This document shows, piece after piece, positions 8,963 to 17,545 of a stretch of 64,000 nt of DNA (position 1 is the first letter of the stretch; each line of letters starts with the position of its first letter). Source of the DNA: Candidatus Fermentithermobacillaceae bacterium (GTDB lineage Bacteria; Bacillota; Sulfobacillia; Fermentithermobacillales; Fermentithermobacillaceae); contig DUSI01000060.1 in NCBI GenBank assembly GCA_012842685.1, positions 5,024-69,023 on the forward strand, read 5' to 3'. The position numbers and the translations under genes were made by a program. Under the pieces are notes generated by a model, which saw nothing but the letters and a program-made list of their open reading frames with translations, was not told the origin of the DNA and ran no database searches.

Positions 8963-10912
8963 ATGTCCGCGAGGCATTACAAGAGAGGTGACAGTGGGGT
9001 GGACAGCTGCGTCAGAAAATGTCTGGTCAAGGTCCTCCAGCAGCAGCTCAGGCGGATAGAAGCCAAACTGGACAGCCCGCATATAGGCCTCGGCGAGATA
9101 AAGTCCGAGGTGACGGTGATCGAAGAAGCCGTGACCGACCCGCGTTTCGGAGTCAAACAGATTGCCGAAGGTGTGGCCAATCTTGAAGATACTCTTGGTG
9201 ACATAAACCCCGAAGAACTCGCTTCCTTGCTGGAAGGTATCCGGGATGGAGTCGAACACATAGAGGCCACACTGGACGACCCGTGCTTTGGGCTGGAAGA
9301 GATTAAGACCGAAATTAAGGCGATAGAAGAAGCGGCGCAGGCCATAAGAGACATCCTGAAAGACTTGCCGAAACCGCCGCCCATAGCCGGTGTCCTGGAC
9401 GAGATCGCGGAAATGTTCCAGGACCTCTCGGTGGTGGCGCGGGACATAGAAGATAAGCTGGAGAGCTCAGAGTTCGGCCTCGCCGAGATAAAGGGCAAGC
9501 TCGAGGACATTGGCCGCGGGATCAAGAGCCTGGCTCTGGAAGATATCCGCTCGGTGCTCAGGGATATCGAAGAAGCCGTGGGCGACATCGAGTCGGCGGT
9601 CAAAGACGAGAGATCCGACCTTGCGGCCATAAAGGATGAGATCGACGACATAGACGGCCGGCTGAGAGGTCTGGACCTGGAAGATATCCGGTGCGCCCTT
9701 GGCGACATCAAGGACGCTGTGGGCGACCTTGAAGACGAGCTAAGGAGCGAAGACCACGGCCTTGCGGCCCTCAAGGAAGGTATAGAAGATCTTGGGCAGC
9801 GGTTCTGCGGCCTAGACCCCGCTCATATCCGCTCCGCGCTGGAAGAGTTAAAGGAAGCAGTGGGAGACATTGAAGGCGCTGCGAGGAAGCAGGAGAGGAA
9901 CCTGGCCGGGCTCGAGGAAGACGCGAAGCGGATCGAAGAGCGGCTCAAGAGGCTCGATCCAGACGAGGTCCGCGCCGCCCTCACGGACCTTAGAGAAACC
10001 CTGGGCGACATCGGCGGCGACCTGGACAGGGGAGAGCGCTGGCTCGGCGAAATCGGAGAGGGCATCCGCAGGGTTGAAGAACGGCTCAGAGGGCTGGAGA
10101 GGGATGATATCCGCTGCCTCCTCGAGAGCATCAAGGAGGCGGCGGGTGAGATCGAAGACCGGGTGGAAGATGAAGAATACGGTTTGGAGGCCTTAAAGAG
10201 CGGGATAAGCGGCATCGAGTGCCTCCTCCGGACCCTGGGAATTGAAGATATTGCTTGCCTCCTGCAAGGCATAAAGGAAGCGACCGGCGATATCGAGGAC
10301 GCGGTCCTGGATCCCGAGTTCGGTCTAAAGGAGATTAAGAAAGAAGTACGGGAGATAGAAAACCTCCTCAGGGAGATCGACCTAAAGGACATCCTGTGCC
10401 TTCTTGCCCGGATCAAGGCGGATATCTGCGATGTCCAGTCGCTCCTAAGCAACCCTTGCTACGGCCTTGAGGAGATAAAACGGGAAGTGCGGCAGATCCT
10501 GGAAGAGTGCTCGGGCGGAAACGGCGCTCGCGAGCCGGAAGCCGTGACGTCCGGGCCGATGTTCAAGGCGAATCAGGCTTCTTCCGTCATCGTCCAGGTC
10601 CTGAACTACTTCAGCGAACCGGTGGAGGTCAGCATCTCAGTGCTGAACGTGCCTCTCAGCGGGCCGAAGGAGGACGTCCCCGGGTCGCCGGTCACGGTCA
10701 CCATCCAGGGCGGCGAAGCGTTTGCCCAGGCGTTCGACATTTCGGATGCGACTGCCTACGAAGTGCAGATCGCAAGCGAGCACCCGGAATGGCTCAGGTA
10801 CTGGTCAGGGTCGAGGACGCAGCCCGCGAATGTCCCCCTCACTGCGAGCACTATCCTGCCGGAGAACATCGTGCTGCACGCCGGCTTTGTGCGTCAGCCT
10901 CTGGCGCCTTAG
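8963..10912 (+). CDS. Tandem-repeat protein: about ten 47-aa amphipathic repeats plus a C-terminal beta-rich ~130-aa domain; function unknown
   Basis: Repeat consensus xGLxEIKxxIxxIExxLxxLxLEDIRxxLxxIKEAVGDIExxxxDxE. The 141-bp DNA period was verified (CTGGAAGATATCCG at 9536 and 9677). A good terminator follows. Confidence 0.7.
   Translation: MSARHYKRGDSGVDSCVRKCLVKVLQQQLRRIEAKLDSPHIGLGEIKSEVTVIEEAVTDPRFGVKQIAEGVANLEDTLGDINPEELASLLEGIRDGVEHIEATLDDPCFGLEEIKTEIKAIEEAAQAIRDILKDLPKPPPIAGVLDEIAEMFQDLSVVARDIEDKLESSEFGLAEIKGKLEDIGRGIKSLALEDIRSVLRDIEEAVGDIESAVKDERSDLAAIKDEIDDIDGRLRGLDLEDIRCALGDIKDAVGDLEDELRSEDHGLAALKEGIEDLGQRFCGLDPAHIRSALEELKEAVGDIEGAARKQERNLAGLEEDAKRIEERLKRLDPDEVRAALTDLRETLGDIGGDLDRGERWLGEIGEGIRRVEERLRGLERDDIRCLLESIKEAAGEIEDRVEDEEYGLEALKSGISGIECLLRTLGIEDIACLLQGIKEATGDIEDAVLDPEFGLKEIKKEVREIENLLREIDLKDILCLLARIKADICDVQSLLSNPCYGLEEIKREVRQILEECSGGNGAREPEAVTSGPMFKANQASSVIVQVLNYFSEPVEVSISVLNVPLSGPKEDVPGSPVTVTIQGGEAFAQAFDISDATAYEVQIASEHPEWLRYWSGSRTQPANVPLTASTILPENIVLHAGFVRQPLAP
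9075..10480 (+). repeat. 141-bp tandem repeat array (coding; ~10 units) inside the repeat-protein gene
   Basis: Direct DNA periodicity of 141 bp; it produces spurious Ser-rich antisense ORFs. Confidence 0.8.
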
Positions 10913-10928
10913 CGGTAGATCCGGTCTC

Positions 10929-10962
10929 AAGGGGCGCGTTCTTCGCGCCCCTTTCGTGTTTT
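10929..10962 (+). terminator. Rho-independent terminator
   Basis: AAGGGGCGCG-ttctt-CGCGCCCCTT stem-loop followed by TCGTGTTTT. Confidence 0.8.
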
Positions 10963-11096
10963 CCCTACGTCTACCTGGCTCCGTGGCTCACCGCCCGTCC
11001 AACTTGCCATGGCCCCGCCGGGAGACCACTGGTAGAATGAGGCTGGGTTTCCTAAGGGGTATCTTGAGACCTACTTAGCCTTCTTTCCGTATTCCT

Positions 11097-11705
11097 GTGG
11101 TGAAGGCCGGGTCGGTTTATCAGGGGGATTTCTTCCAGGTGGAAGACACAAAACTAATAGAGCGCGCCCAGCGAGGCGACAAAGACGCGTTCGCCACCCT
11201 GGTACAGAGATACTATAGGAACATATACAACCTGGCTTACAGGATGACCGGAAATCGCGAGGATGCGATGGACATCACCCAAGAAGTCCTCCTGAGAGCG
11301 TTCCGGGCGATTGGGTCCTTCGAGCCGGATAGGCCCTTTTTGCCGTGGATCTACAGGATCACATGGAACATATGCGCCGATAGGGGGAGGAAGATTGGGC
11401 GTACGCCTGCTGAGGAATCCATGGACGATGCCGAGAGCGGCGCGTCGAGGATTCCCAGCCAGGCAGTGGGTCCCGACGGCGAACTGGAAAAGAGAGAAGC
11501 CGCCAGGATACTGAGGGATGCCATCGACCAGCTCACAGACGGCTACCGCGAACTCATCATCCTTTTCCACCTGGAAGGCTTGTCGATCAAGGAGATATCC
11601 GAAGTGACGGACTTGAAGGAGACGGTGATCAAGAACAGACTCTATAGAGGAAGGCAAATGCTCAAGAAAATCCTTGAGGCGGGTGGACTTGTATGGATGG
11701 CGTAA
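11097..11705 (+). CDS. ECF (sigma-70 family, group 4) RNA polymerase sigma factor
   Basis: Region 2 (RAQRGDKDAFATLVQRYYRNIYNLAYRMTGNREDAMDITQEVLLRAF...PWIYRITWN) and region 4 (LTDGYRELIILFHLEGLSIKEISEVTDLKETVIKNRLYRGRQMLKKIL). Confidence 0.9.
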   Translation: MVKAGSVYQGDFFQVEDTKLIERAQRGDKDAFATLVQRYYRNIYNLAYRMTGNREDAMDITQEVLLRAFRAIGSFEPDRPFLPWIYRITWNICADRGRKIGRTPAEESMDDAESGASRIPSQAVGPDGELEKREAARILRDAIDQLTDGYRELIILFHLEGLSIKEISEVTDLKETVIKNRLYRGRQMLKKILEAGGLVWMA

Positions 11706-11750
11706 GTCAGAGTACAGGCGCCAGGCGGCCTCGCCGGGAGGTGGGCGTCC

Positions 11751-12386
11751 GTGCCCGTACTCCGATGCCCTGACGATATGAGGCTGGAAGATTACTTCTA
11801 CGGGGATCTTGCCCCGGTTGAAAAGACGCTCCTGCGGCTCCATGTGAATACGTGTCCCAGGTGCAAGGCGAAGCTGGAAGCGCTTCGCAGGTTCGAAGAA
11901 CTCCTCAGGCTTTATCCTGCGGAAGAACCCCCGGCCGGCTTTGAAGAGGACCTCCTGCGGATGGTTAGATCCTGGGATTTCGAGCCCCGGCCAGATGCCG
12001 GAAGAGGGAGAGGAGCCTTCGAAGGCGGGTGGCTGCGGGGGTACAAGATACGTTGGGCAGTCGCTTCTCTCGTGATGGCCATCGTCTCCCTGCTCGAGTG
12101 GAGGTTTGCCTCTCGCCCGCCTGCGTTTTTCGGAAGCACCTCAAGTTTCCTCGCGTCTCTGTATGACCTGGGAGCCCTTTGGGACTGGGTCGCTTCGGGG
12201 GCATGGTGGGACAGCCTGGTCTCGGTTGTCTCCGCAGTTAAGACCGACGGGATAGCATCACTGGGAATCCTGAGATACGCATTACCTTCGCAAATGGTGA
12301 GCGTACTTGTATTTGCCGGGATCTCTACGGTGGTTCTGTTTAGACGGCGAAGATCTTCCAACGACAGGGGAGAGGGTACCCGATGA
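11751..12386 (+). CDS. Anti-sigma factor, zf-HC2 type (one TM segment)
   Basis: HVNTCPRCKAKLEAL zinc-finger motif at the N-terminus; a TM helix (WAVASLVMAIVSLL); immediately downstream of the ECF sigma gene. Confidence 0.7.
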   Translation: MPVLRCPDDMRLEDYFYGDLAPVEKTLLRLHVNTCPRCKAKLEALRRFEELLRLYPAEEPPAGFEEDLLRMVRSWDFEPRPDAGRGRGAFEGGWLRGYKIRWAVASLVMAIVSLLEWRFASRPPAFFGSTSSFLASLYDLGALWDWVASGAWWDSLVSVVSAVKTDGIASLGILRYALPSQMVSVLVFAGISTVVLFRRRRSSNDRGEGTR

Positions 12387-12973
12387 AAAAAGTGTACCGG
12401 TCAAGACGGACCAAAGTCCTGGGTGGAGTGGCGGCGGGGTTGGCCGAATACTTCGACATCGACGTAACGATAATGCGGCTCGTCTTCGCGCTCTTGCTCG
12501 TCACTAACCCCAACATGATCATAGGCTACGTTCTCGCCTGGATAATCATCCCCGAGGAGCCCGCGGAGGTAGCAACCGAACCCTCTCCAGCGAGACCGGC
12601 CGGTGACGCTGTGGAAAGACGAGATGAGCATCCTGGGGAGGCCGGGATGACCGCCGACGAGATAGTGAAGAGCCGGGGGCTGGAAGCCCCACCCTTTGGG
12701 ACGCATGCCGCGGTAAATGTCGATTTTCAGACCACAGAAGAATCCAAAGCTCCGGGCCAGGAGACTTCACCCAAGGCTTCCCAAGCAGACGGCTCTACCG
12801 ACAGAAACCGACAGTTCTTCGGGTTCGTCCTCATAGCAATCGGCGCTGTGGTTCTCCTCAAGAGGTTTTTCCCGAGCTTCGCCTGGAGTCTTAGCCTGAT
12901 CTCTCGGGGCTGGCCTGTGATCATAATCCTGGCGGGCATAGCCATAATCTTGAACGCGGTACGGGGGAGGTAA
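12383..12973 (+). CDS. PspC-domain membrane protein (phage-shock / envelope stress)
   Basis: N-terminal YRSRRTKVLGGVAAGLAEYFDIDVTIMRLVFALLLV...GYVLAWIIIPEEP is a canonical PspC domain; there is a second C-terminal TM region. Confidence 0.8.
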   Translation: MKKVYRSRRTKVLGGVAAGLAEYFDIDVTIMRLVFALLLVTNPNMIIGYVLAWIIIPEEPAEVATEPSPARPAGDAVERRDEHPGEAGMTADEIVKSRGLEAPPFGTHAAVNVDFQTTEESKAPGQETSPKASQADGSTDRNRQFFGFVLIAIGAVVLLKRFFPSFAWSLSLISRGWPVIIILAGIAIILNAVRGR

Positions 12974-12978
12974 GGCAG

Positions 12979-13923
12979 TTGGCGGGCAAGCTGCTAAACG
13001 GGCTCGTCTTGGTGGTCGTCGGGGCGCTCCTCCTAATGAACACCTCGGGTTACCTGCCCTGGAGCGTGTGGAATTCGGCCATCTCCTTCTGGCCGGTGCT
13101 CCTCATCGGCCTCGGCCTACAGCTCGTCTTCTCCAGGCTCAAGGTACCCTGGTTTGCGGTGGCCATCGTCATAGTCCTCATCCTGGGAGCCATGTTTCCC
13201 GAAAGGGGCATTGCGGGGCCCCTAAGGCCATCAAACGACGTCAGGTGGGAGATCCGGGTGCCGTGGAGGCCTATGGAGCACACGGAGGATTACTCGGTCC
13301 CGCTTGGACCCACGATATCAAGGCTCCGGATGGAGCTCGGCGCTCCGTCCCTGGAGCTCGAGGCCAGAGGCGACTCTGGCCTGAATGACCTCATGCTGCC
13401 CATGCTCCTCGTCGGGAGCCTGTCGTGGGACAGAGTCGAGCCTTCCAAGTCGTGGGAAGAGCTCGACGGTGAAACCCGGGTCTCCATCAAAGCTCCCGAC
13501 CGGAGCAGCGCCGACGCCGGTAGGCAGTACTGGGATCTGAGTCTCAACCCATCTGTCGCCACCTTCCTGAAAGTGACGGGCGGGGTGGCCAACATCACCC
13601 TGGATTGCCGTTCGGTGGACCTGAGCGACCTGGATGTTTCGGCAGGAGTCGTAGACCTTGACGTAGAGTTCGGCCTCAGTGGGAAAGCAACCAGGGTAAC
13701 CGTGTCAGGAGGGGCGGCCACGGTGGACGTGAAAGTCCCTCGCGCAGCGGGTTTCCGCATCTCTATTTCGAGCCCCCTCACCATCACCCACGACCTCAAT
13801 GAACAGGGCATGACCCGTTCCGGGAACACCTGGACGACGCCTGACTACGACAGCGCCTCGACGAAGATAGACTTCGTCGTGAGCTGCGGCGCGGGGAAGG
13901 TTAAAGTCTCAAGGGTAGAATAG
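12979..13923 (+). CDS. LiaF-like membrane protein with C-terminal DUF4097/DUF2154 'toastrack' beta-domain
   Basis: Three N-terminal TM helices; C-terminal repetitive beta-strand region (DVSAGVVDLDVEFGLSGKATRVTVSGGAATVDVKV...); typical partner of PspC-domain proteins. Confidence 0.55.
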   Translation: MAGKLLNGLVLVVVGALLLMNTSGYLPWSVWNSAISFWPVLLIGLGLQLVFSRLKVPWFAVAIVIVLILGAMFPERGIAGPLRPSNDVRWEIRVPWRPMEHTEDYSVPLGPTISRLRMELGAPSLELEARGDSGLNDLMLPMLLVGSLSWDRVEPSKSWEELDGETRVSIKAPDRSSADAGRQYWDLSLNPSVATFLKVTGGVANITLDCRSVDLSDLDVSAGVVDLDVEFGLSGKATRVTVSGGAATVDVKVPRAAGFRISISSPLTITHDLNEQGMTRSGNTWTTPDYDSASTKIDFVVSCGAGKVKVSRVE

Positions 13924-14020
13924 CCTCCATAGATAGCCCCCAAGCCTCCCGTTACGTTTACTCCCGCCACTTCTTGGGAACATTACCATTATCACGGCAG
14001 AAAGGCAGGTCACTTTCTAC

Positions 14021-16207
14021 ATGCCTGTGGGTGTTCCCAGGAGTCTAGGCTTTTTCTACTTACACCCGCTTTACCGCACGTTTCTCGCAGAGCTGGGGGT
14101 GCGGTGGGAAGAGTCTTCCTACACCAGTGAGAGCGACCTTGCGCGGCTGGACCTCTGCCCCACAGACGAGCCTTGCGTCGCCGTGAAAGCGGCATTTGTC
14201 CATGTGGATAACCTGCTCCGGAAAGGGTGCCGGAAGATCTTCATCCCGGCGGTCGTTTCCCTCTCAGAGACTTCTTACTGCTGTCCCAAGATGATGGGCC
14301 TTCCTTCGATGATAAAGGCGGCTTTCGGGCTCTCTGACGAAGACCTCATAAGCCCCGTCATAGACATGCGGGATAACCCGAAGGGCTGGCCGGGTACGTG
14401 GATACGGGCGGCGCGCAAGATGGGCGTCTCTTCTCAGGCCAGGGCCAGCAGGGCTCTCCGTGAGGCGGTCCGGGCCTTGAGGGCGTACGAGGAAGGAGCG
14501 GTCCGCTCACGCGAGAGTTTCTGGGACACGGCCGTCATGGGGCATTCATACATCTTGGACGACATATTCGGCCGCGGGCTCCTTGAGCGGGTATCCGAGT
14601 ACGGTCCGGTGGTGACCGCGGAAAACGTATCGAAAGAGGATGCCGCGGCGGCCCTCCACGGGATCTTTGAGGGGGAGAGACTCTGGACCATCGAGGGCCG
14701 CATCCTGGGAGCCACTTTGCACCTAATCAGGTCCGGAAAAGTGGGCCGCCTGATCTTCGTGTCGGCCTTTTCGTGCGGTCCCGCGTCCATAATCGAGAAC
14801 TACGTCGCGAAGGAAGCCGGCGAGAGGGGCATACCGCTCCTGAGTCTCACCGTCGACGAGCACTCGGGCGAGGCCGGGCTCCTCACGAGGATCGAAGCCT
14901 TCATGGATTCAACCCGGACCCCGGCCCGGCGGGTGAGCAGGGCTGTGGTTCCTGCCGGAGCTAGGGCTGATCGCCGCGGCTGCGGTTCTGGAACCCCCGA
15001 CAAGGAGAGGTGCGCCGTCCCCGGGCCCGGTGGCGCTGGAGGAGACCCGCATGGGAGGACCCTAGCCTTCCCGGACAGGGAGCCCTTCGCCTCAGCGATT
15101 CGCGATGAAGGCCCCATAGGCCTAGTGGACATGGGCCACCTGAGGTACGCTCTGAGGGCCCTTTTCGCCGAGATGGGCTCCGAAGTTGCCATGCCGCCCC
15201 CCCTTACCGAAGACATAGTGCGGCTGGGAAAAGAGATAGCCCCCGAGTTCATCTGCTACCCTATGGTCACCCTCATCGGGCAGATGAGAAAGCATGCCGA
15301 AGACGGCATCCGGAAAATCGTGATGATCCAGGGAAAAGGGAGGTGCCGACTGGGCTGGTACGCTCAGGTCATGGAAGAGATCCTCAGGAAAAACGGCTAT
15401 CCGGTGCGCGTGGTTTCGGTGGATTCTCCCCTCCCCCTCTCGGAGAAATGGGAAAGGTTTGTCGAGTCCTACAGGGATCTCTCGGGAGACGCACATTTCG
15501 TGAGGGGACTCAGGGGTGTAAGGATCGGCCTAGCCAAGATCGCCGCGTGTGACCGGGCCGTGGATCTGCTCCGGGAGGTGAGGGCCTACGAAGCCGAGCG
15601 GGGCGAAGGTGACCAGAGGTTCGACCGGTTCCTCAGGGAGCTTGACGAAGCCCGGAACCCTGCCGAAGTGAAGGCGGTCTTCGCCGGATACCGCCGGGAC
15701 ATGAAGCGGATACCCAGGCTCAGGGTGGATCCCCTCAGGATCGCCATAGTCGGAGAGGTCTACGTGGTGAACGAGCCCTTCGTAAACAAGAGCGCCGAGA
15801 AGATCCTGGGCTCGCTGGAGCAGCGGGTGAGAGTGTACAGGACCCTCGACGTTACGTCGTGGCTCGACTATCACGTGTTTAAGCGGCCCCGCGCCGTGAT
15901 CCAGTATGGCAGGGTGGTAAGTTGCGCCGCGCCCTATTTGCCCCTGAGCGTAGGAGGGCACGGGCAGGAGTCAGTGGGTGAGGCGGTGCTCGCCAAGAGA
16001 CTGGGCATGGACGGCGTCATCCATCTGTTTCCCTTCACATGCATGCCGGAGATAATAGCCCAGAACATACTGGTGAGAGTGTCCAAGGATTTGGATATCC
16101 CTGTTCTTTCCCTCATGATCTCCGAGCAGACGGGGGTGGCGGGCCTTGAGACGCGGTTCGAGGCGTTCTGCGACCTGCTGGAAGGAAGGAGAAAAAGGAG
16201 TCTGTGA
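14021..16207 (+). CDS. 2-hydroxyacyl-CoA dehydratase-like protein (HgdA/HgdB / DUF2229 family; possible double-cubane-cluster-type ATP-dependent reductase component)
   Basis: 728 aa; resemblance to DUF2229 / dehydratase-component proteins that pair with BcrAD/BadFG activases; scattered conserved Cys residues; stop overlaps the start of the activase gene (GTGAGATG). Confidence 0.5.
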   Translation: MPVGVPRSLGFFYLHPLYRTFLAELGVRWEESSYTSESDLARLDLCPTDEPCVAVKAAFVHVDNLLRKGCRKIFIPAVVSLSETSYCCPKMMGLPSMIKAAFGLSDEDLISPVIDMRDNPKGWPGTWIRAARKMGVSSQARASRALREAVRALRAYEEGAVRSRESFWDTAVMGHSYILDDIFGRGLLERVSEYGPVVTAENVSKEDAAAALHGIFEGERLWTIEGRILGATLHLIRSGKVGRLIFVSAFSCGPASIIENYVAKEAGERGIPLLSLTVDEHSGEAGLLTRIEAFMDSTRTPARRVSRAVVPAGARADRRGCGSGTPDKERCAVPGPGGAGGDPHGRTLAFPDREPFASAIRDEGPIGLVDMGHLRYALRALFAEMGSEVAMPPPLTEDIVRLGKEIAPEFICYPMVTLIGQMRKHAEDGIRKIVMIQGKGRCRLGWYAQVMEEILRKNGYPVRVVSVDSPLPLSEKWERFVESYRDLSGDAHFVRGLRGVRIGLAKIAACDRAVDLLREVRAYEAERGEGDQRFDRFLRELDEARNPAEVKAVFAGYRRDMKRIPRLRVDPLRIAIVGEVYVVNEPFVNKSAEKILGSLEQRVRVYRTLDVTSWLDYHVFKRPRAVIQYGRVVSCAAPYLPLSVGGHGQESVGEAVLAKRLGMDGVIHLFPFTCMPEIIAQNILVRVSKDLDIPVLSLMISEQTGVAGLETRFEAFCDLLEGRRKRSL

Positions 16208-16208
16208 G

Positions 16209-17333
16209 ATGGCGCACGGGACTGTAAGAGGAGGCATTTCCGCGCTTAAGGATAAACGAGTAAGACACCTTCCGGTCCGGGCGAAATCCCCGGCCCGGGA
16301 GAGCTTCGGCGGGAAGGCGCTGGGGCGGGGAGATAGGTTCCTCGGAGTGGACGTGGGCAGCGTCACCACGAAGATTGCGCTCACGGACGGCGACGGCCAG
16401 ATAGTCTACGAGGACTACATACGTAACGAAGGCGGTCCCATCTCAGCGATGCTCGAAGGCTTCAAGCGCCTCGCCGACGGTGGATGGACGGAAGGTGTAA
16501 GGTACGTGGGGACGACAGGCTCGGGGCGTCTCCTGGCCAAGGTCATAATCGGTGCCGACGTGGTGAAAAACGAGATATCAAGCCACGCTAAGGCGGCTTC
16601 TTTCCTGTTTCCCGACATCGGGACCTTGATAGACATAGGCGGTCAGGATTCAAAGATAGTCTTCTTCAAAGACGGCTATCCCGTAGGTTTCAATATGAAC
16701 ACCGTGTGCGCCGCCGGTACGGGGTCGTTCCTGGACCACCAGGCGGCAAGGCTGGGGATCCCCATCGAGGAATTCGGCGAGTGGGCTCTCAGGTCGAAGT
16801 CTCCTGCCAGGATCGCTGGGCGGTGCGGTGTTTTCGCCGAATCCGACCTCATCCACAAGCAGCAAATGGGCTACCGTAAAGAAGACCTCATAGCCGGGCT
16901 TTGCGCGGCTCTGGCCGCCAACTACGTGACCAACGTGGCCCGAGGGCAGAAAATAAGGCCGAGGGTGGTTTTCCAAGGAGGCGTGGCCGCCAACGTAGGC
17001 ATCCGGAAAGCCCTTGAAGACAAGCTCGGCCTCCCCATAACAGTGCCTCCCCATTTCAAAGTGATGGGGGCATGGGGAGCCGCGCTCCTCGCCAGAGAAA
17101 GGTTCTTGGAAGATCCTTCTCGCCCGACCGCCTTCAGGGGAGTCTCGAGGATCGCCTTTTCCAGCGCCCGGAGCAGGGGGTTTGAGTGCTCTGACTGCGC
17201 CAACTCCTGCGAGATCCAGGAGATCATCGTAGAGGACCGGGTGGTTGCCCGCTGGGGCTCCAAGTGCGGAAAATGGGAAGACCTCGGCCGGAGGTCTCCG
17301 GCAGCCCTAGACGAAGCCGGGGCTTGTCGTTGA
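16209..17333 (+). CDS. CoA-substrate-specific enzyme activase (BcrA/BcrD/BadF/BadG/HgdC ASKHA ATPase)
   Basis: LGVDVGSVTTKIALTDGDG...IDIGGQDSKIVFF...CAAGTGSFLD...QGGVAANVGIRKALEDKLG motifs of the activase family; C-terminal Cys cluster CSDCANSCEI...CGKWED. Confidence 0.8.
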   Translation: MAHGTVRGGISALKDKRVRHLPVRAKSPARESFGGKALGRGDRFLGVDVGSVTTKIALTDGDGQIVYEDYIRNEGGPISAMLEGFKRLADGGWTEGVRYVGTTGSGRLLAKVIIGADVVKNEISSHAKAASFLFPDIGTLIDIGGQDSKIVFFKDGYPVGFNMNTVCAAGTGSFLDHQAARLGIPIEEFGEWALRSKSPARIAGRCGVFAESDLIHKQQMGYRKEDLIAGLCAALAANYVTNVARGQKIRPRVVFQGGVAANVGIRKALEDKLGLPITVPPHFKVMGAWGAALLARERFLEDPSRPTAFRGVSRIAFSSARSRGFECSDCANSCEIQEIIVEDRVVARWGSKCGKWEDLGRRSPAALDEAGACR

Positions 17334-17545
17334 CATGAACGTCGTCGACTACAGCGGGTAACTGGTCTCGCCCGCCCTTGCTATTTTCCACGATCTTTCG
17401 CCGCGCCCGGGAGTCCAAAGGTTCTTACTGCTAGATAGGCATTATGTCCTCTCGTCTGCTAGAGGGAAAGGATCTCCCGGAGTAGAAATCCTTTCCTACA
17501 GAGCACCTATATAACCTACTCAGTGCCGTCTGGAGGCAACTATCC

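Noticed and set aside
8977-10452. Two Ser-rich minus-strand ORFs (265 and 209 aa) inside the repeat-protein gene
   Set aside because: Low-complexity translations of the antisense strand of the 141-bp tandem repeats. The plus-strand gene has an RBS, periodic structure and a terminator.
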